Shown in pieces: positions 27,016-38,339 of a stretch of DNA of 64,000 nt (its first letter is position 1; each line of letters begins with the position of its first letter). The DNA is from a virus (Duplodnaviria; Caudoviricetes): IMG/VR virus record IMGVR_UViG_2728369355_000004; one strand, 5' to 3'. Below the pieces are notes generated by a model. The model was given only the letters and a program-made list of their open reading frames with translations. It ran no database searches and was not told the DNA's origin. The position numbers and the translations under genes are program-made.

Positions 27016-27612
27016 TTATTTAAGTGAAGCTATAGCTTTATCTATTTCTTCTAGTTCAGTCTTATATTTAGCTATATTTGTTTCAGCTTCTTGTAATACT
27101 TCTTCCGTGCCTTTTGTCTTGGAGTCCAGAGTGTCCATCGCCTTTTTATTTCCTGCGTATTCTTCTCTAAATTTGCTGTATTTTTCAAGAGTTTTTTGCA
27201 AGTTTTCTTTATCTTTTTCTGTATCTATTACAAATTTCTCAAGCTCCAACTTTCTATCTTCCAGTTTAGAAACAGGCCATCCTTGGTATTTATTCGAAAC
27301 AGACTGTATCACATCAGCAGTTTGTTTTGAAGAAAAATTATCTGGTGATTCAATTTGAATCGTTTTTCCATCCACTTTTAAATTCGCCCCCAAAGAGTCG
27401 GTGACAGCGCGAAGCGGAACATGCGCCTTTCCGTCAACAACAATTGCGTTTTCTGATAATGAGTTGCCATTGACCTTGACTGTATATTCCCCTGCTACTG
27501 TCCGCCCAATCATGGACTTAATTTGATCCGCAAAAGCGCTACCAGCTGTGGCAATAACCGTACCGATTAGCATCCCGCTAAGTAAAACCAACAAATAAGA
27601 CCATTTTTTCAT
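27016..27612 (-). CDS. secreted protein with copper-amine-oxidase-N/stalk-like domain and coiled coil
   Basis: Signal peptide; VKVNG...DGKAHVPLRAVTDSLG. Confidence 0.7.
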   Translation of the reverse strand: MKKWSYLLVLLSGMLIGTVIATAGSAFADQIKSMIGRTVAGEYTVKVNGNSLSENAIVVDGKAHVPLRAVTDSLGANLKVDGKTIQIESPDNFSSKQTADVIQSVSNKYQGWPVSKLEDRKLELEKFVIDTEKDKENLQKTLEKYSKFREEYAGNKKAMDTLDSKTKGTEEVLQEAETNIAKYKTELEEIDKAIASLK

Positions 27613-27676
27613 GTAACGTTCCTCCTACACAGTATATATGTCCTAATATTACCATCGGTAGGAGATGCAGTAAACA

Positions 27677-29827
27677 TTATGTTGTCGAACTGCTAGAGCT
27701 TCCACCAGCAGGAATATTAACTGTAGCCACGGTTTTGCCTTGGCTGAACAATTTTAGATTCCTGGAACCAGGGTCGAATGTTGCATTAACGATCAAACCA
27801 TTAAACAAATCTCCATGTATTTTGTCAATATCGTTACGTAAATCTCTAAGTTTATTTTCGAGACCATTAATGCTCCCTACCTCTAAAGCAAGTCCACTCA
27901 CAAATGCTTCGGAAAAATCCACAGGACCTTTTAAATAAGTGGCATCGTCTACAGATCGAATAATAATAGGTCCCATGTTTCCCAAATGAAATCCTTCTCT
28001 ATCTCCGTAGACGCTTCCTCTTGGCGAGCTATCATCCATAAACAATAAGCCGCCACCATCATTATACTGACCTAATGAAACAGCTTCTCCACCACGAGAG
28101 TTATAAGCAGTAAGGCCAATAGAGTTTATCTCTATGCGCCTACCCTCTTTGGCTGTTCGGAATAAGGCTCCTGTAATAATACCGCCCTCGATCTCATTAC
28201 CGATTAACTTACTACCACGTATTGTACTTGCATTAACTGTACTAGCCCTAATATCTGAAGCGTTCATTTCTGAATTGTCAATTTGGCCTGTGAGCTTGAT
28301 TGATCTAGCTACTACATTACCCTGCATATCTACCCTGAACGGTGCAATAGTATAGTCGTCATTTCCAGCACTTATTCCGTTGGTATTGATTTTGGTTACG
28401 TTATCACCGCTACCAATAACCAAAGATACAAAGTTACCCAGTTGCCCGACAATCTGCTCAGCTACCACCCCGCGCGCTGTAATAGCCGTTCTTGCTGTTT
28501 TACCTCCATCTGTGGTTAAGACAACACCATTTGAGGTCATAATGACCTGATTCTGTGCATTGGTCTTGTCCTGTAGGATTATACCGCGCTGATCGTACTT
28601 AATTTCCGTTTTTGAGTTGTCTATATCAATGACTGCCTGCTTTGCGAAGGATTCAAAAACTTCCGTCCGGATCTTACCATTAGAAAATAGATTATTGATA
28701 ATATTTTTGTTCCGCTCCAGGTCAGAAATGATATCTGCATAATCGCGTAAATTGACATTGGATATGGTAGGCTCTGAATGTTTGTCGCGACTATACGGAT
28801 ACTCTGTAAGTTCTGTGATTCGAGCTTTGAGTTTGTTCATATCCATAGCCGGATCAATACACATTACCGTGTCACCTAAATGTGGTTCTGGCTCTGTATT
28901 GTCAATTTTAAATAGGTCTGCCGTTGATACCGTTACCTCCAGCGTTACATTCTCCTGTTCGGCAAGAGCCTTCCGCGTAGCCTTCAACAAATCCTCCGGT
29001 TCCTCAATATCCTGCTCTATAATCTCACCATCATAAAACGGCACGGAATCACTGGCCCAATATTGAGCGTATGGCGATATTAAGTAATTCACCGCCAGCT
29101 TTCCGTTTACAATAGTTCCCGATATACTGGAAAGCAAGCTCCGCTCCTCGTCGGTCAGTTTGGACGCATCCATGCCTATGAATGTCCGTCCATCCTTCAT
29201 CTGAGCAAACATGCGCGTCACTAGAGACTCGCCTTTGTCTTTGAACGAACTGGATACGATATTCTTTTTAAGCCGGTACTGTAATCCGCTGTCGGTTCCG
29301 ATCTTTTTTCTAAGGTTAATAGTGAAGTTGTCTGGTTCGACCTCGCACTCATACATCTGAATGATCTTATTTAGTGCTTCAAGACAAGTGCCACGTCCGA
29401 AGTCTTTTACATCATGCAAATCGAACGTGTCATGAATAACAAACTTAAACCGTCCACCTGTAGCAACTGTAATCAGGTCTGTAAGCTGGTTAATATGGAT
29501 ACCATAGGCTTCTGCAATGTATGAAGCATATGGAAACTTGTAATCATTAAGTCTGAACATGATGTGGTTGCAGTAGATGTTTGCAGTCAGCTTTCGGCCT
29601 TCGCGTGACCGGCTTCGGGATTGGATAACATAAAATTGACCACGCTCATCCCGAACGTGGCCCTTGATTGCTATCTTTTCACGATAATCCTCACTGGTCA
29701 TTGGAACCATGAAGGTTAATTCATAATCACTATTGATCCTGCGCCGCCGCTGAATGTCATAAGAGTCCACTAGCGTTCCAACGCGACGCATGTTTTTATC
29801 AAACACTTGCATAGTTGGAGTAGGCAT
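27677..29827 (-). CDS. tail tip / prophage endopeptidase-type tail spike protein
   Basis: RRINSDYELTF, LQYRLKKNI, LVTRM, LGDTV; position after distal tail genes. Confidence 0.85.
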   Translation of the reverse strand: MPTPTMQVFDKNMRRVGTLVDSYDIQRRRRINSDYELTFMVPMTSEDYREKIAIKGHVRDERGQFYVIQSRSRSREGRKLTANIYCNHIMFRLNDYKFPYASYIAEAYGIHINQLTDLITVATGGRFKFVIHDTFDLHDVKDFGRGTCLEALNKIIQMYECEVEPDNFTINLRKKIGTDSGLQYRLKKNIVSSSFKDKGESLVTRMFAQMKDGRTFIGMDASKLTDEERSLLSSISGTIVNGKLAVNYLISPYAQYWASDSVPFYDGEIIEQDIEEPEDLLKATRKALAEQENVTLEVTVSTADLFKIDNTEPEPHLGDTVMCIDPAMDMNKLKARITELTEYPYSRDKHSEPTISNVNLRDYADIISDLERNKNIINNLFSNGKIRTEVFESFAKQAVIDIDNSKTEIKYDQRGIILQDKTNAQNQVIMTSNGVVLTTDGGKTARTAITARGVVAEQIVGQLGNFVSLVIGSGDNVTKINTNGISAGNDDYTIAPFRVDMQGNVVARSIKLTGQIDNSEMNASDIRASTVNASTIRGSKLIGNEIEGGIITGALFRTAKEGRRIEINSIGLTAYNSRGGEAVSLGQYNDGGGLLFMDDSSPRGSVYGDREGFHLGNMGPIIIRSVDDATYLKGPVDFSEAFVSGLALEVGSINGLENKLRDLRNDIDKIHGDLFNGLIVNATFDPGSRNLKLFSQGKTVATVNIPAGGSSSSSTT

Positions 29828-29835
29828 AAGTCACC

Positions 29836-30474
29836 TCAATATAAGTATTTATCCCGGTGTGTAATGCGGAACAAAACCGTCCGGCCTGTCTCTGGGTCCG
29901 TCCAGGTCAGGTTATTATTGCCGAGATTCAAATCGAAGAAATCACCATTGTAAAGATGCGAGACGTTCTGACCATTTCTCATAATTTTGAATTTTCCTGC
30001 ATCTATAGTAATGACTTCACCAGGACGGAATACGTCCGTAAACTCAATATAATCTGTATGGAATCGGCTGGCCTCGGCAGGCTGCAATCGTCCCTCTCCC
30101 GACATCGGTAAAGCTTGTAGAATAATTTCACGAGTATACTGTGCATCTGTTACGTGTCCATCGCCGGACATTGGCATAGCTTCTAAGTCATAAGACCGAA
30201 CAAAATCAGATTGCGCCCGGCCTTCGCCTGAAAGTTCCACGCCTGCGGTCATATCCAAGTTAAAATCTAAAATGTATTCAATTGATACGCTGGAGTCTGG
30301 AGTATTGAAAGACATTAGATTGAATGCATTGTCAGTTTCGGCCCCGCTAATCTCTTTACGCTGGGAATACATTTGTGACTGACCGGATAAATGAGCGGAC
30401 AGATCTATTACATTCCCATCCGTTGAACTGCCCGAATTAAGAGCAAGGCCATTAAATCCACCTGTATTAAACAT
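29836..30474 (-). CDS. minor tail protein with Dit C-terminal-like end
   Basis: PGEVITIDAG...NGDFFDLNLGNNNL. Confidence 0.7.
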   Translation of the reverse strand: MFNTGGFNGLALNSGSSTDGNVIDLSAHLSGQSQMYSQRKEISGAETDNAFNLMSFNTPDSSVSIEYILDFNLDMTAGVELSGEGRAQSDFVRSYDLEAMPMSGDGHVTDAQYTREIILQALPMSGEGRLQPAEASRFHTDYIEFTDVFRPGEVITIDAGKFKIMRNGQNVSHLYNGDFFDLNLGNNNLTWTDPETGRTVLFRITHRDKYLY

Positions 30475-30490
30475 AGACCTCCCTCCTAAA

Positions 30491-31858
30491 TTAAGTCCTT
30501 CTTTGCCCGATACATGTAAGCCTCATCTGTGTGTTATAAACATTGTGTTCTGCCGAATCACTTTGAAAGACTTTGAATGATATTACGTCTCCTGCTGCTA
30601 GATATTGTTGATCATCCATCGTTAAAAATGTGACCAGTCCCGTACCTAGCCCAGCTCCTTGGCGAGTGGTTAAGTTGCTCCCATTTTTGTACACTGTTAT
30701 ATCAGCGATTTTATTATTTGGAAGGCTTTCTATCGTGACCAGTGAATTAATGTGATACCATCCACTTTTATTAATGACCACCGTGTTTCCATCGCGCATA
30801 GAATTGCTGTCTTCCATCACCGTTGTTATTGGTACATCAGCTGGTACAGAATTAGCTGGCAACGTATATCCTCCGCTACGAAGATACACAAAAGGCGTAT
30901 TCCCAAATATTTGGCCTGATAATGGCGATTTTTCATCCGTTGCACCTTTTGGAACTGTGCCAGTCACGACGATAATAGAACCCAGCTGCGATTGTATACC
31001 TGTAACGTTCCCGGACCCTGTGCAATTTTCGATATAGAACCAAGAACGGGCATCAGCAGCTATGCCAATATTGCGATTAGAAATTTTACAGTTTACGATT
31101 CGTGCATTAGCGTCATAGCTACTAATACCATGCTGGCCTGTTGAAGCACCTTCAATTACAACGTTTTCAATCAAAGTTCGGTTACAGTAGACCAGAGATA
31201 TACCAACCTTTTCAGTTGTTGTGATTGTCATATTGTAGATGCCTGCACGGTTTGTAAAATTGTCTAATGTGACAGATTTAACCTTGTATAAGCTAGCATC
31301 TTCTGTTTCTCCCTTTAGTTCCAGCGTCTGAGCACGCAGCTTGTGCTTCATCTCAACATCTTCATCATACGTTCCTGGTAACAGCACAATGGAGAACCGG
31401 GACAGGCTTATAGGCTTCATGACGCTCACAGCTTTGGCAATGGTCTTGAATGCCTCGGCCTTAGTCAGACCATCATTAGAGTCTGAACCGTTAACAGCAT
31501 CCACGTAATATATAAAGGCATCCGTTAGCTCCATGCCTTGTAATTTATCGTCAATGGCTCCAATGTTTTTTTGTACTGCTCGCAAGTCGGACGCGGTAAA
31601 ATTACGTGCCACCACAGCCCCGGATGCCCAAGCACGCGCTACACCTTCAAACCCGCGCATACAGCCTTTAAGCGTGTTATCTTCTATGCTTGTATATGTG
31701 ATCGTTTCCGCTACATCCCCATTACCTACAACCGCTATACCCTCACCTTGAAGCAATACAGCAGCGTTGGTTACCTTGATTTCGGTCTGAGTCGCGTTAA
31801 TGATTTCAGCCAGTTCAGTCCGTGGTGAATTTGCTACTGGAGCGTACATTTTTTCCAT
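30491..31858 (-). CDS. receptor-binding/tail fibre protein with beta-helix and C1q-like domains
   Basis: YYVDAVNGSDSNDG...FKTIAKA, pectin-lyase-like repeats; SGWYHINS...LAAGDVISFKV. Confidence 0.75.
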   Translation of the reverse strand: MEKMYAPVANSPRTELAEIINATQTEIKVTNAAVLLQGEGIAVVGNGDVAETITYTSIEDNTLKGCMRGFEGVARAWASGAVVARNFTASDLRAVQKNIGAIDDKLQGMELTDAFIYYVDAVNGSDSNDGLTKAEAFKTIAKAVSVMKPISLSRFSIVLLPGTYDEDVEMKHKLRAQTLELKGETEDASLYKVKSVTLDNFTNRAGIYNMTITTTEKVGISLVYCNRTLIENVVIEGASTGQHGISSYDANARIVNCKISNRNIGIAADARSWFYIENCTGSGNVTGIQSQLGSIIVVTGTVPKGATDEKSPLSGQIFGNTPFVYLRSGGYTLPANSVPADVPITTVMEDSNSMRDGNTVVINKSGWYHINSLVTIESLPNNKIADITVYKNGSNLTTRQGAGLGTGLVTFLTMDDQQYLAAGDVISFKVFQSDSAEHNVYNTQMRLTCIGQRRT

Positions 31859-31867
31859 AATTATTCC

Positions 31868-32278
31868 CTACCCCTCGTCAATCGAAATCTGACCAGACAT
31901 AAAACGAAGTGTGTCATTAGTTTGGACTGTACGCGGCGTTTTCACGGCTCCGTGATACATTAGATTGCCCCCTGTTGCTGCCGTGCGAATACCAATATGG
32001 GTAACCAAGCCCCAATCAGCCGTTGCAATCGGGAAAGATACATCTGCCGAACTGGCTGCAACTGCCCTACGATCCGCAATGACTGGCGCACCAAACGTTA
32101 CAGCACGCCGTACATAGCCGCCTCCCATCACTTCCTGTCCTGTATCTGCATCCGTTGGATTGCTTGTGTACAGAGCTATATATACAATCTGAGGGGCAGC
32201 AAAATTTGTACCCCGTAAAGCAGCGTTTATACAAGCCGTTTTCCACCAGTTTGATTTACTAAGTAATATATCTGCCAT
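31868..32278 (-). CDS. tail fibre-associated protein
   Basis: YIALYTSNPTDA.TG.EV.GGGY.R...ADWG.VTH. Confidence 0.7.
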   Translation of the reverse strand: MADILLSKSNWWKTACINAALRGTNFAAPQIVYIALYTSNPTDADTGQEVMGGGYVRRAVTFGAPVIADRRAVAASSADVSFPIATADWGLVTHIGIRTAATGGNLMYHGAVKTPRTVQTNDTLRFMSGQISIDEG

Positions 32279-32289
32279 AAAAAGACCCC

Positions 32290-32844
32290 CTACTCAATTT
32301 GATATTCATTTGCAATTCGAAAATTGCGTATGTCGTTTTCACCAATGTTGGTCAGGACGATAACAGGGCTGGCCCTTTCGTCTCCAACTGAAGTAACTGA
32401 AACAGTCTGCGGCGATTGTGTGATGGTGACCTCTTCAATGTTCTCGTCACTCTCGGGAAACGGATGTTCACCCATTTTGATTGGTATAGTTAACTCTCCG
32501 TCCCAAAGTATTTTTTCGATATCCAATGTTCCGGCATAGCGTCCAATATATCGCCTTCCTGGTAAGTCCGAAAACGTGAATACGATATCCCCTTTTTTGG
32601 CATTAAAAAGAGCCGCCACTTGGGCGACTCTCCTATGGTAATCAAGGGTTGTATCATCTGCCATAACGACACATTCAAGGTTAATTGTCCTCGCTCCGTA
32701 AGTACTGCCAAAGTCTAATTCCCCATCCCTCTCGGCTATTTCAAGAGAATGGTCCTTTGTTGGCGGCAGCACAGGTATATTGTGAGTTTTAAGCCCTAAT
32801 CCAATGGATTTAAAGGACTTTCCATCTGCCGTAGCGTCAATCAT
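32290..32844 (-). CDS. distal tail protein (Dit)
   Basis: Immediately after the TMP; FGSTYGARTINL, FSDLPGRRYIGRYAG. Confidence 0.8.
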   Translation of the reverse strand: MIDATADGKSFKSIGLGLKTHNIPVLPPTKDHSLEIAERDGELDFGSTYGARTINLECVVMADDTTLDYHRRVAQVAALFNAKKGDIVFTFSDLPGRRYIGRYAGTLDIEKILWDGELTIPIKMGEHPFPESDENIEEVTITQSPQTVSVTSVGDERASPVIVLTNIGENDIRNFRIANEYQIE

Positions 32845-35800
32845 TAAGACTTACCTCCCCTTGTCTGCAACCTCCGTACAAAGTTGTCCCGTTCGCTCCA
32901 GAACACCTTTGCTGCGGATTCGTCTTCAATATAAGTATCGCCTGATTTTATTACGAACTGGTTGCTGATTTGCTGCGGATTTGAACCGCCCGAAGCCATT
33001 GGCATAGAAAAGTCTGGCATGGAGAAATTAAGTGCTGGCATTTTGAAATTGATAATTTTGAACAAGTTGCTCTGCTGTTGATCATTCAGGTACATTTCTC
33101 CTGCGCGAGCAATGACCGGAACTTCCGCGCCCCTATCCCCCCGAACGACACCGCCTGAATGGAATTTTTGAAGCTTTCCTGTGTCCTTTTTGATACCATA
33201 CTTATTCCGCAGAGTGGCATTTTCCTCGTGCAGTTTGGCCTTCTCAGCAGCGCCTGCCGAATACCATTTATCAATATTAGAATTGTATCGCGCCAAATCG
33301 CTGTCCTTTTCTGATATTGAGGAACCTGTATCCAAGGATGCAGACAATGAGGTGGCATTGATTTCAGCCATTTTCATTTGATAGTCTAAGATGAATTGAT
33401 CCAACTGACGCAATATTTCTGCGTTTTTCTCAGATTCCTTTGAAATCTGAGTATTTTTCAAATCTTCAGCTTTAGATTCAACTCCATCTGAATACTCATC
33501 ATATTTCTCGGATAGCTGATCATAATGTTGTTTGGCTGCTTCAATCTGGTCATTGTAGTCCTTTTCCCGTTCAGTCTTCTCGTCTTGGAGCTTCTTCTTC
33601 TGATCCTCCAATCCACGCTTAGCAAGCGTCCGGTTATGTTCCCGCTGCAAATCTTCAATATCTTTTTCAGTCTGTTTCCGTTCAGCAATACCTTCGGGAC
33701 CGACAGCAGATTGTAGCAGGGCAAGGCGTGCTTGTTTTTCCGCCATTGCACGTTCATAATCCTCGTCTTCGTTAGCTGTCTGCATCTTAGCAAGCAAGTC
33801 GTCTATGGCCTTAATTTTAGCATCCTGAGCCTCAATAAAAGCATCCCGTTCCGCCTCAATACGCTTTACTTCCTCATCCCGAGTCTTTTCAAGCCCTTCC
33901 TTTTCCTTCTTGGCAGCTTCAGAAGCAGCCTTCTTCTGATCCTCCAAAAGTTGCTTCTTTAAGTCATGGACCTGTACATCAATTTCTATCCGTTGTTCTG
34001 ATCCTTCTTTATAAAGAGCCTGCATTTTTGTCCATAAATTGAGTTGATCGGAAACAGATATGGCTTCCATACTCTTCTGGTAATTGATTCTTTTTTGGAA
34101 GTCTGACAAAAACTCATCTTCCAGAGCTTTACGTTTCTCGTAAATCTTCTGCTGCAACTCAAAACTCTGTTCGGCGGTACGTTCCTTTGCCTTACTCATA
34201 CGCATATAAGCGTCATATTCCATTTTGAGGATAGCAATTTGGGTTTGCCCCGCCATTTCCATTTTGGAAGTTTCTTTATCAATCCATTTTTCCGAGTTTT
34301 GGTATCGAAGCTCGTTATACTTCACGGACAGATCATAAATTTGCTTTTGGATTTCACGCCTATTTGCTGGTAGCAAGTAAGATTTAGATTGTTCCTTCTT
34401 GTAAAAATCCAAGCTGGTTTTTACCATCTCAATTTCTTGTTTGTTGGCCTGCCGCATACGCTCGGTTCTTCGCTCAAGATTCTCCACGTCTTCCTGAAAT
34501 CTTGAATCATTCAGTTTCTGAACATCGCGGCTCCATTGCTTCATTGCATCCTTATCTTCCAAAAGGTACTGCTTATGTCGTTGAGCCAGTTGTTTGTACC
34601 AAGCTATTTTCTGGTCTATAGACCATTCATTACGTTCTGCGATGTATTTGAAGTTGTCCATATCATCGCTGTAGGAATCCTTACGAGCATCCGCAGCTTC
34701 TTTAGCAGCTTTTTCAGCCGATTTTTCTGCATCACTCTTTCCTTTTCTTCCTTTTTTCTCTTTGCTTGATGAATCGCTAACTCCAAATTTAGGGTCTTTG
34801 TATAGCTTCGATAAAGCGTTAATCCGAGTATCAAAGGATTTTGCTTGATTTTCATATTCAGTGTATATTTCATCAAGCTTTTTTTTGTTATCCAGTTTTT
34901 TCTTATCAACATCAAGTTGATTCTTAAAAGGAGCGTTTAAAACTGATCTAATGCCAGTCATGCTATTAAGTTCAGTTTGTCTTTTCGCAACCTCCAACGA
35001 ACTCTGAGCCATTACACCATTGAGAGCAGCTTTTAATTGAGCTAAATTTCTAATAGCTTCTGCTTCAATGCTATAAGCTTTTAAACGTTCATCAGTAGAC
35101 ACTTTTGTGTTGAATGCTGAAGCTTTCTCGGATTTCAAATCGTCGATTGCTTTCTGAATTTTTGCTTTTCGGAGAACTTCCACAGCGTCTTTTTCAAATT
35201 TCCATCCATCACTTGTCTTATATATTTCTGCTGCCAGTTGAGGATATTTTAGTATTAGGTCCGTGGCAGCAGCGGCGTTGAGAGACTGTCCTTTTGAAAG
35301 GTCGCTCAAGAGATTATTCATCTCAGATACAGCAGTGCCATTTCCTTGAATTTGCTCCCTTAAATCTGCTAATGCTTCCGCTTGAGCTTTGGCACTTTCA
35401 GCTGCTGTACCCGACTTACCTGCGAATTGATCAACCGCATCAACTGCAACTTGGCCAAGCTGCACTGCGACTTCAGCGGCAGAGGCGGAAAGTTTATGGT
35501 TCTCCTTCTCTAAGCCATTTACTTCGTCTTGGAGAAGCTGAACGGAGTTAGAAGCTTCGTCCAAACTCTTTCCGGTAAAAACGTTTTTAAAGAACTCTCC
35601 CATTTGTGAAGCTAAGCTGTCTTTAACTTTAAGGAGTTTCTCTTTTGTTTGCTCCAGCTCTTCGGTATTCTTTTTCAGCTGATTGTTAATCTCGCTTTGT
35701 TGATCAGTAAGCATATTCTTTCGTGCTTCATTTTGCTTTGCAATCAGTGTATTCAAAGCATCAACCTGTATTTGTACAGCCTTTTCACTAAAGTTTGCGG

Positions 35801-38249
35801 ATTCAAGCTGTTTAGCCCCATCCTTACCTACTGTTATAATTAAGGCTTTTGTGACCTCTTCCAGTTGTTTCTTTATCTGAGTTTGTCTCTCAATTGAGGT
35901 ACCGCTAATTTTTAGTGAATCAGAAAGCGATTTATGAGCATTAACGAGTTTGGGAAGTAAGTCGATTTGTCGCTGATACTGACTTATCATTTGTTGAGCA
36001 GCCGAATCAGCATCTTTCAAGTTTTGTGCTCTTTCACGCGCTGCTTTTTCTTCTTTTCCACTTTCCCAAATGACAAGAGCAATTGCCCCAGCCAGCAAAG
36101 TCAAACCCGCTGTTGCAGCAGCCATCATTACTGTGGATAACGCTTGCGCCCTAGTCATAGCTGTAGTTGCAATTGTTGCCTCTGCTGTTGCAGCAGTAGA
36201 GGCCTGAGTTGCTGCGCTACGTTGGACGGTAGACAATGTCGCTCCTTGAGAAGAGACAATATTCACTTCGTTGGCTGTAGTGTTTGCAGCAACAGCCACC
36301 GTTTCTGCAACCTTAGCTGTTGTAAGTACTTTCACAGCAGCTACTACATTCATAATTGGCCCGCTGAGGGCTTTATAAGCTAGAAGTAAACCTCCAATAG
36401 CTGCCGTACCCTCAAACACTCCCGACGGTACTTTGGTAAGGCCAATAAGCAGTTGGTCAATCGCGTCCAAGACGTTCTTAATCGTTCTTCTTAGCCCGTC
36501 GTCGCCTGCATTGTTAAATATTTCAAGCAAAGAGGCTTTGGTTTGAGCAGCTTTACGCTGAATGGTATCCATTTGAACCTTCAGGTATTCCATTGTCGAT
36601 CCGGTTGAGCCTATAGAGGCCGCTGTACCAAGCAAAATATCCCCGGCATTAAGGGAAGCTGCCAATTTGGCATACTGATACACACCGCGTGAGATATCAG
36701 CATAAGACTTTGTAAGGTCATAGTTTTTGTCGATTACTTTGGTAGAAAGATCCAACAAAATATCTTCTGCTTTTCTCCATTGCTCTGAGCCATTAACAAC
36801 TTCTTTGGTTGCAACGCCCAAACGTTCAATTTCTCCCACAGCCTTGTCGGTACGAATCGTACCCAAAACTGTCTTCCACATGTTGCCGAGATTTTCACCA
36901 GAGAGCGCTGTGTTACGTACACCGGCTGAAATAAGACCGTTCATGAAATCAAAACTTACGCCTGTTTCAGCAGCAATCTTACCTGTACGCTCGAAGGCTG
37001 CTCCCAAGTCTTTAGCTGGTGCCATCGTATCATGGGCAACTTTGGACCAAGAGTCCAGAACGCGCCCACCCAACACCATAGCGTCATTGCTGTTCTTGAT
37101 TTGCACGCCATACTGAGCAAATGTAGACTCCATTGATTTTGTCGCATCTTCCAAGGATACAAGGTCAACGGTACTGAGCATTGTTGACTTACGTACCATC
37201 TCCTGAACAACACCTGCATCCTTATACATCCGGCCCCAAAGACGTGCTGATTCGGTAACGTCCATAATTTCTGAGCCAAGGTCATGAGCCGTCCGGATAA
37301 ATTTGGTCGTTTGGTCATGAAGCTTTTCGGTGTTCATAACCATCTCTTTCGTGCCAGCGTTGTATTCCAAAAAATAATGCTCATTGGTCTGGATATAACC
37401 CGCCATGTTGGACTCAATGCCGACTAATCCCTCTTTGAGTGCTTCCTGTGTTTTATGCATGGCTGCATATGCCGTGTTGAATACAAGCGCATGAGTAGCC
37501 ATATCACCTACTCTGCTAATCCAGTTAGGAGTTGTATTAAAAGTCTGCTTCATTTGCGCTTCGGTTTGGCTTAAAGAGCGCCGGATCTTCTGTTCTTCCT
37601 GAAGTACTTTCTCACGGACTTGTGCCTCTTTTTGCTCCCTGGCACGTAATGCATTCACCCAAAACTTTTCGTAGTCTTGTGCGTTCTTACGTGCCTGCTG
37701 TGCTTCTTTCTCTGCCAGTTGAGATATCTTCATCCGTATGGACTGTTCTTCCATTAAGACACGTTCGCGCGTCCTGTCGTCAGTACCAGCCCCTGAGGCC
37801 TTTGCCGATCTCTGACCCGCCAATGAAGCTTTATTCTGCAAAGCTTCCATACGCTTCAGGTGTTCGCGTTCCTGTTGTTCTATTGCGTCTTCACGCTTTT
37901 TTACAATGGCCTGCTGTGCTCTAAGCTTCTCGTCGGTTATCTTATTGGCCTGCTCCAATTGATTCTTCCGAGCAGTATTTAATTCTGCTTGTGCAGTGCG
38001 TTGCTTAACAAGAGCTTCGGATTCAGCGAGGATCTTCTTCCGTCTGTCTTCTGCACTCAAAGCAAACTTATCTGCACTACTGGCTAAGGATTTAAAATTC
38101 TTCTCACTTAGCCCCAGTTCAGAATTTAAAACTTTAAAGGATTCAGCATTCGCCCTTGCTCCGTTGTCTATTACTTTGAAAGCTGGTAGTATCTTGGTGG
38201 TATCCAAGCTTATACGCGCACCTACTACATCTTTACTTAAATCCGCCAC
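32844..38249 (-). CDS. tail tape measure protein (~1800 aa)
   Basis: Long Ala/Lys/Glu-rich helical ORF; FHSGGVV near the C-terminus; GTG start after GAGGTG. Confidence 0.92.
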   Translation of the reverse strand: MADLSKDVVGARISLDTTKILPAFKVIDNGARANAESFKVLNSELGLSEKNFKSLASSADKFALSAEDRRKKILAESEALVKQRTAQAELNTARKNQLEQANKITDEKLRAQQAIVKKREDAIEQQEREHLKRMEALQNKASLAGQRSAKASGAGTDDRTRERVLMEEQSIRMKISQLAEKEAQQARKNAQDYEKFWVNALRAREQKEAQVREKVLQEEQKIRRSLSQTEAQMKQTFNTTPNWISRVGDMATHALVFNTAYAAMHKTQEALKEGLVGIESNMAGYIQTNEHYFLEYNAGTKEMVMNTEKLHDQTTKFIRTAHDLGSEIMDVTESARLWGRMYKDAGVVQEMVRKSTMLSTVDLVSLEDATKSMESTFAQYGVQIKNSNDAMVLGGRVLDSWSKVAHDTMAPAKDLGAAFERTGKIAAETGVSFDFMNGLISAGVRNTALSGENLGNMWKTVLGTIRTDKAVGEIERLGVATKEVVNGSEQWRKAEDILLDLSTKVIDKNYDLTKSYADISRGVYQYAKLAASLNAGDILLGTAASIGSTGSTMEYLKVQMDTIQRKAAQTKASLLEIFNNAGDDGLRRTIKNVLDAIDQLLIGLTKVPSGVFEGTAAIGGLLLAYKALSGPIMNVVAAVKVLTTAKVAETVAVAANTTANEVNIVSSQGATLSTVQRSAATQASTAATAEATIATTAMTRAQALSTVMMAAATAGLTLLAGAIALVIWESGKEEKAARERAQNLKDADSAAQQMISQYQRQIDLLPKLVNAHKSLSDSLKISGTSIERQTQIKKQLEEVTKALIITVGKDGAKQLESANFSEKAVQIQVDALNTLIAKQNEARKNMLTDQQSEINNQLKKNTEELEQTKEKLLKVKDSLASQMGEFFKNVFTGKSLDEASNSVQLLQDEVNGLEKENHKLSASAAEVAVQLGQVAVDAVDQFAGKSGTAAESAKAQAEALADLREQIQGNGTAVSEMNNLLSDLSKGQSLNAAAATDLILKYPQLAAEIYKTSDGWKFEKDAVEVLRKAKIQKAIDDLKSEKASAFNTKVSTDERLKAYSIEAEAIRNLAQLKAALNGVMAQSSLEVAKRQTELNSMTGIRSVLNAPFKNQLDVDKKKLDNKKKLDEIYTEYENQAKSFDTRINALSKLYKDPKFGVSDSSSKEKKGRKGKSDAEKSAEKAAKEAADARKDSYSDDMDNFKYIAERNEWSIDQKIAWYKQLAQRHKQYLLEDKDAMKQWSRDVQKLNDSRFQEDVENLERRTERMRQANKQEIEMVKTSLDFYKKEQSKSYLLPANRREIQKQIYDLSVKYNELRYQNSEKWIDKETSKMEMAGQTQIAILKMEYDAYMRMSKAKERTAEQSFELQQKIYEKRKALEDEFLSDFQKRINYQKSMEAISVSDQLNLWTKMQALYKEGSEQRIEIDVQVHDLKKQLLEDQKKAASEAAKKEKEGLEKTRDEEVKRIEAERDAFIEAQDAKIKAIDDLLAKMQTANEDEDYERAMAEKQARLALLQSAVGPEGIAERKQTEKDIEDLQREHNRTLAKRGLEDQKKKLQDEKTEREKDYNDQIEAAKQHYDQLSEKYDEYSDGVESKAEDLKNTQISKESEKNAEILRQLDQFILDYQMKMAEINATSLSASLDTGSSISEKDSDLARYNSNIDKWYSAGAAEKAKLHEENATLRNKYGIKKDTGKLQKFHSGGVVRGDRGAEVPVIARAGEMYLNDQQQSNLFKIINFKMPALNFSMPDFSMPMASGGSNPQQISNQFVIKSGDTYIEDESAAKVFWSERDNFVRRLQTRGGKS

Positions 38250-38271
38250 TTTGCTCACCTCTTCATAGGGT

Positions 38272-38289
38272 TCAGGAAACTTTTCCTGC
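38272..38289. promoter_or_regulatory. 18-bp palindrome, copy 2 (before tape measure)
   Basis: TCAGGAAACTTTTCCTGC, 23 bp upstream of the TMP GTG. Confidence 0.65.
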
Positions 38290-38339
38290 CCTGAATACAG
38301 AAAAAGAGGCATCCTGCATGATTGCGGATGCCTCTTAAT

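Noticed and set aside
27677-31858. Diversity-generating retroelement or invertase-driven tail-fibre switching
   Set aside because: No reverse transcriptase, invertase or template/variable repeat pair seen
33086-38268. Numerous antisense or alternate-frame ORFs within the tape measure and other structural genes
   Set aside because: No RBS or family motifs; expected shadow ORFs
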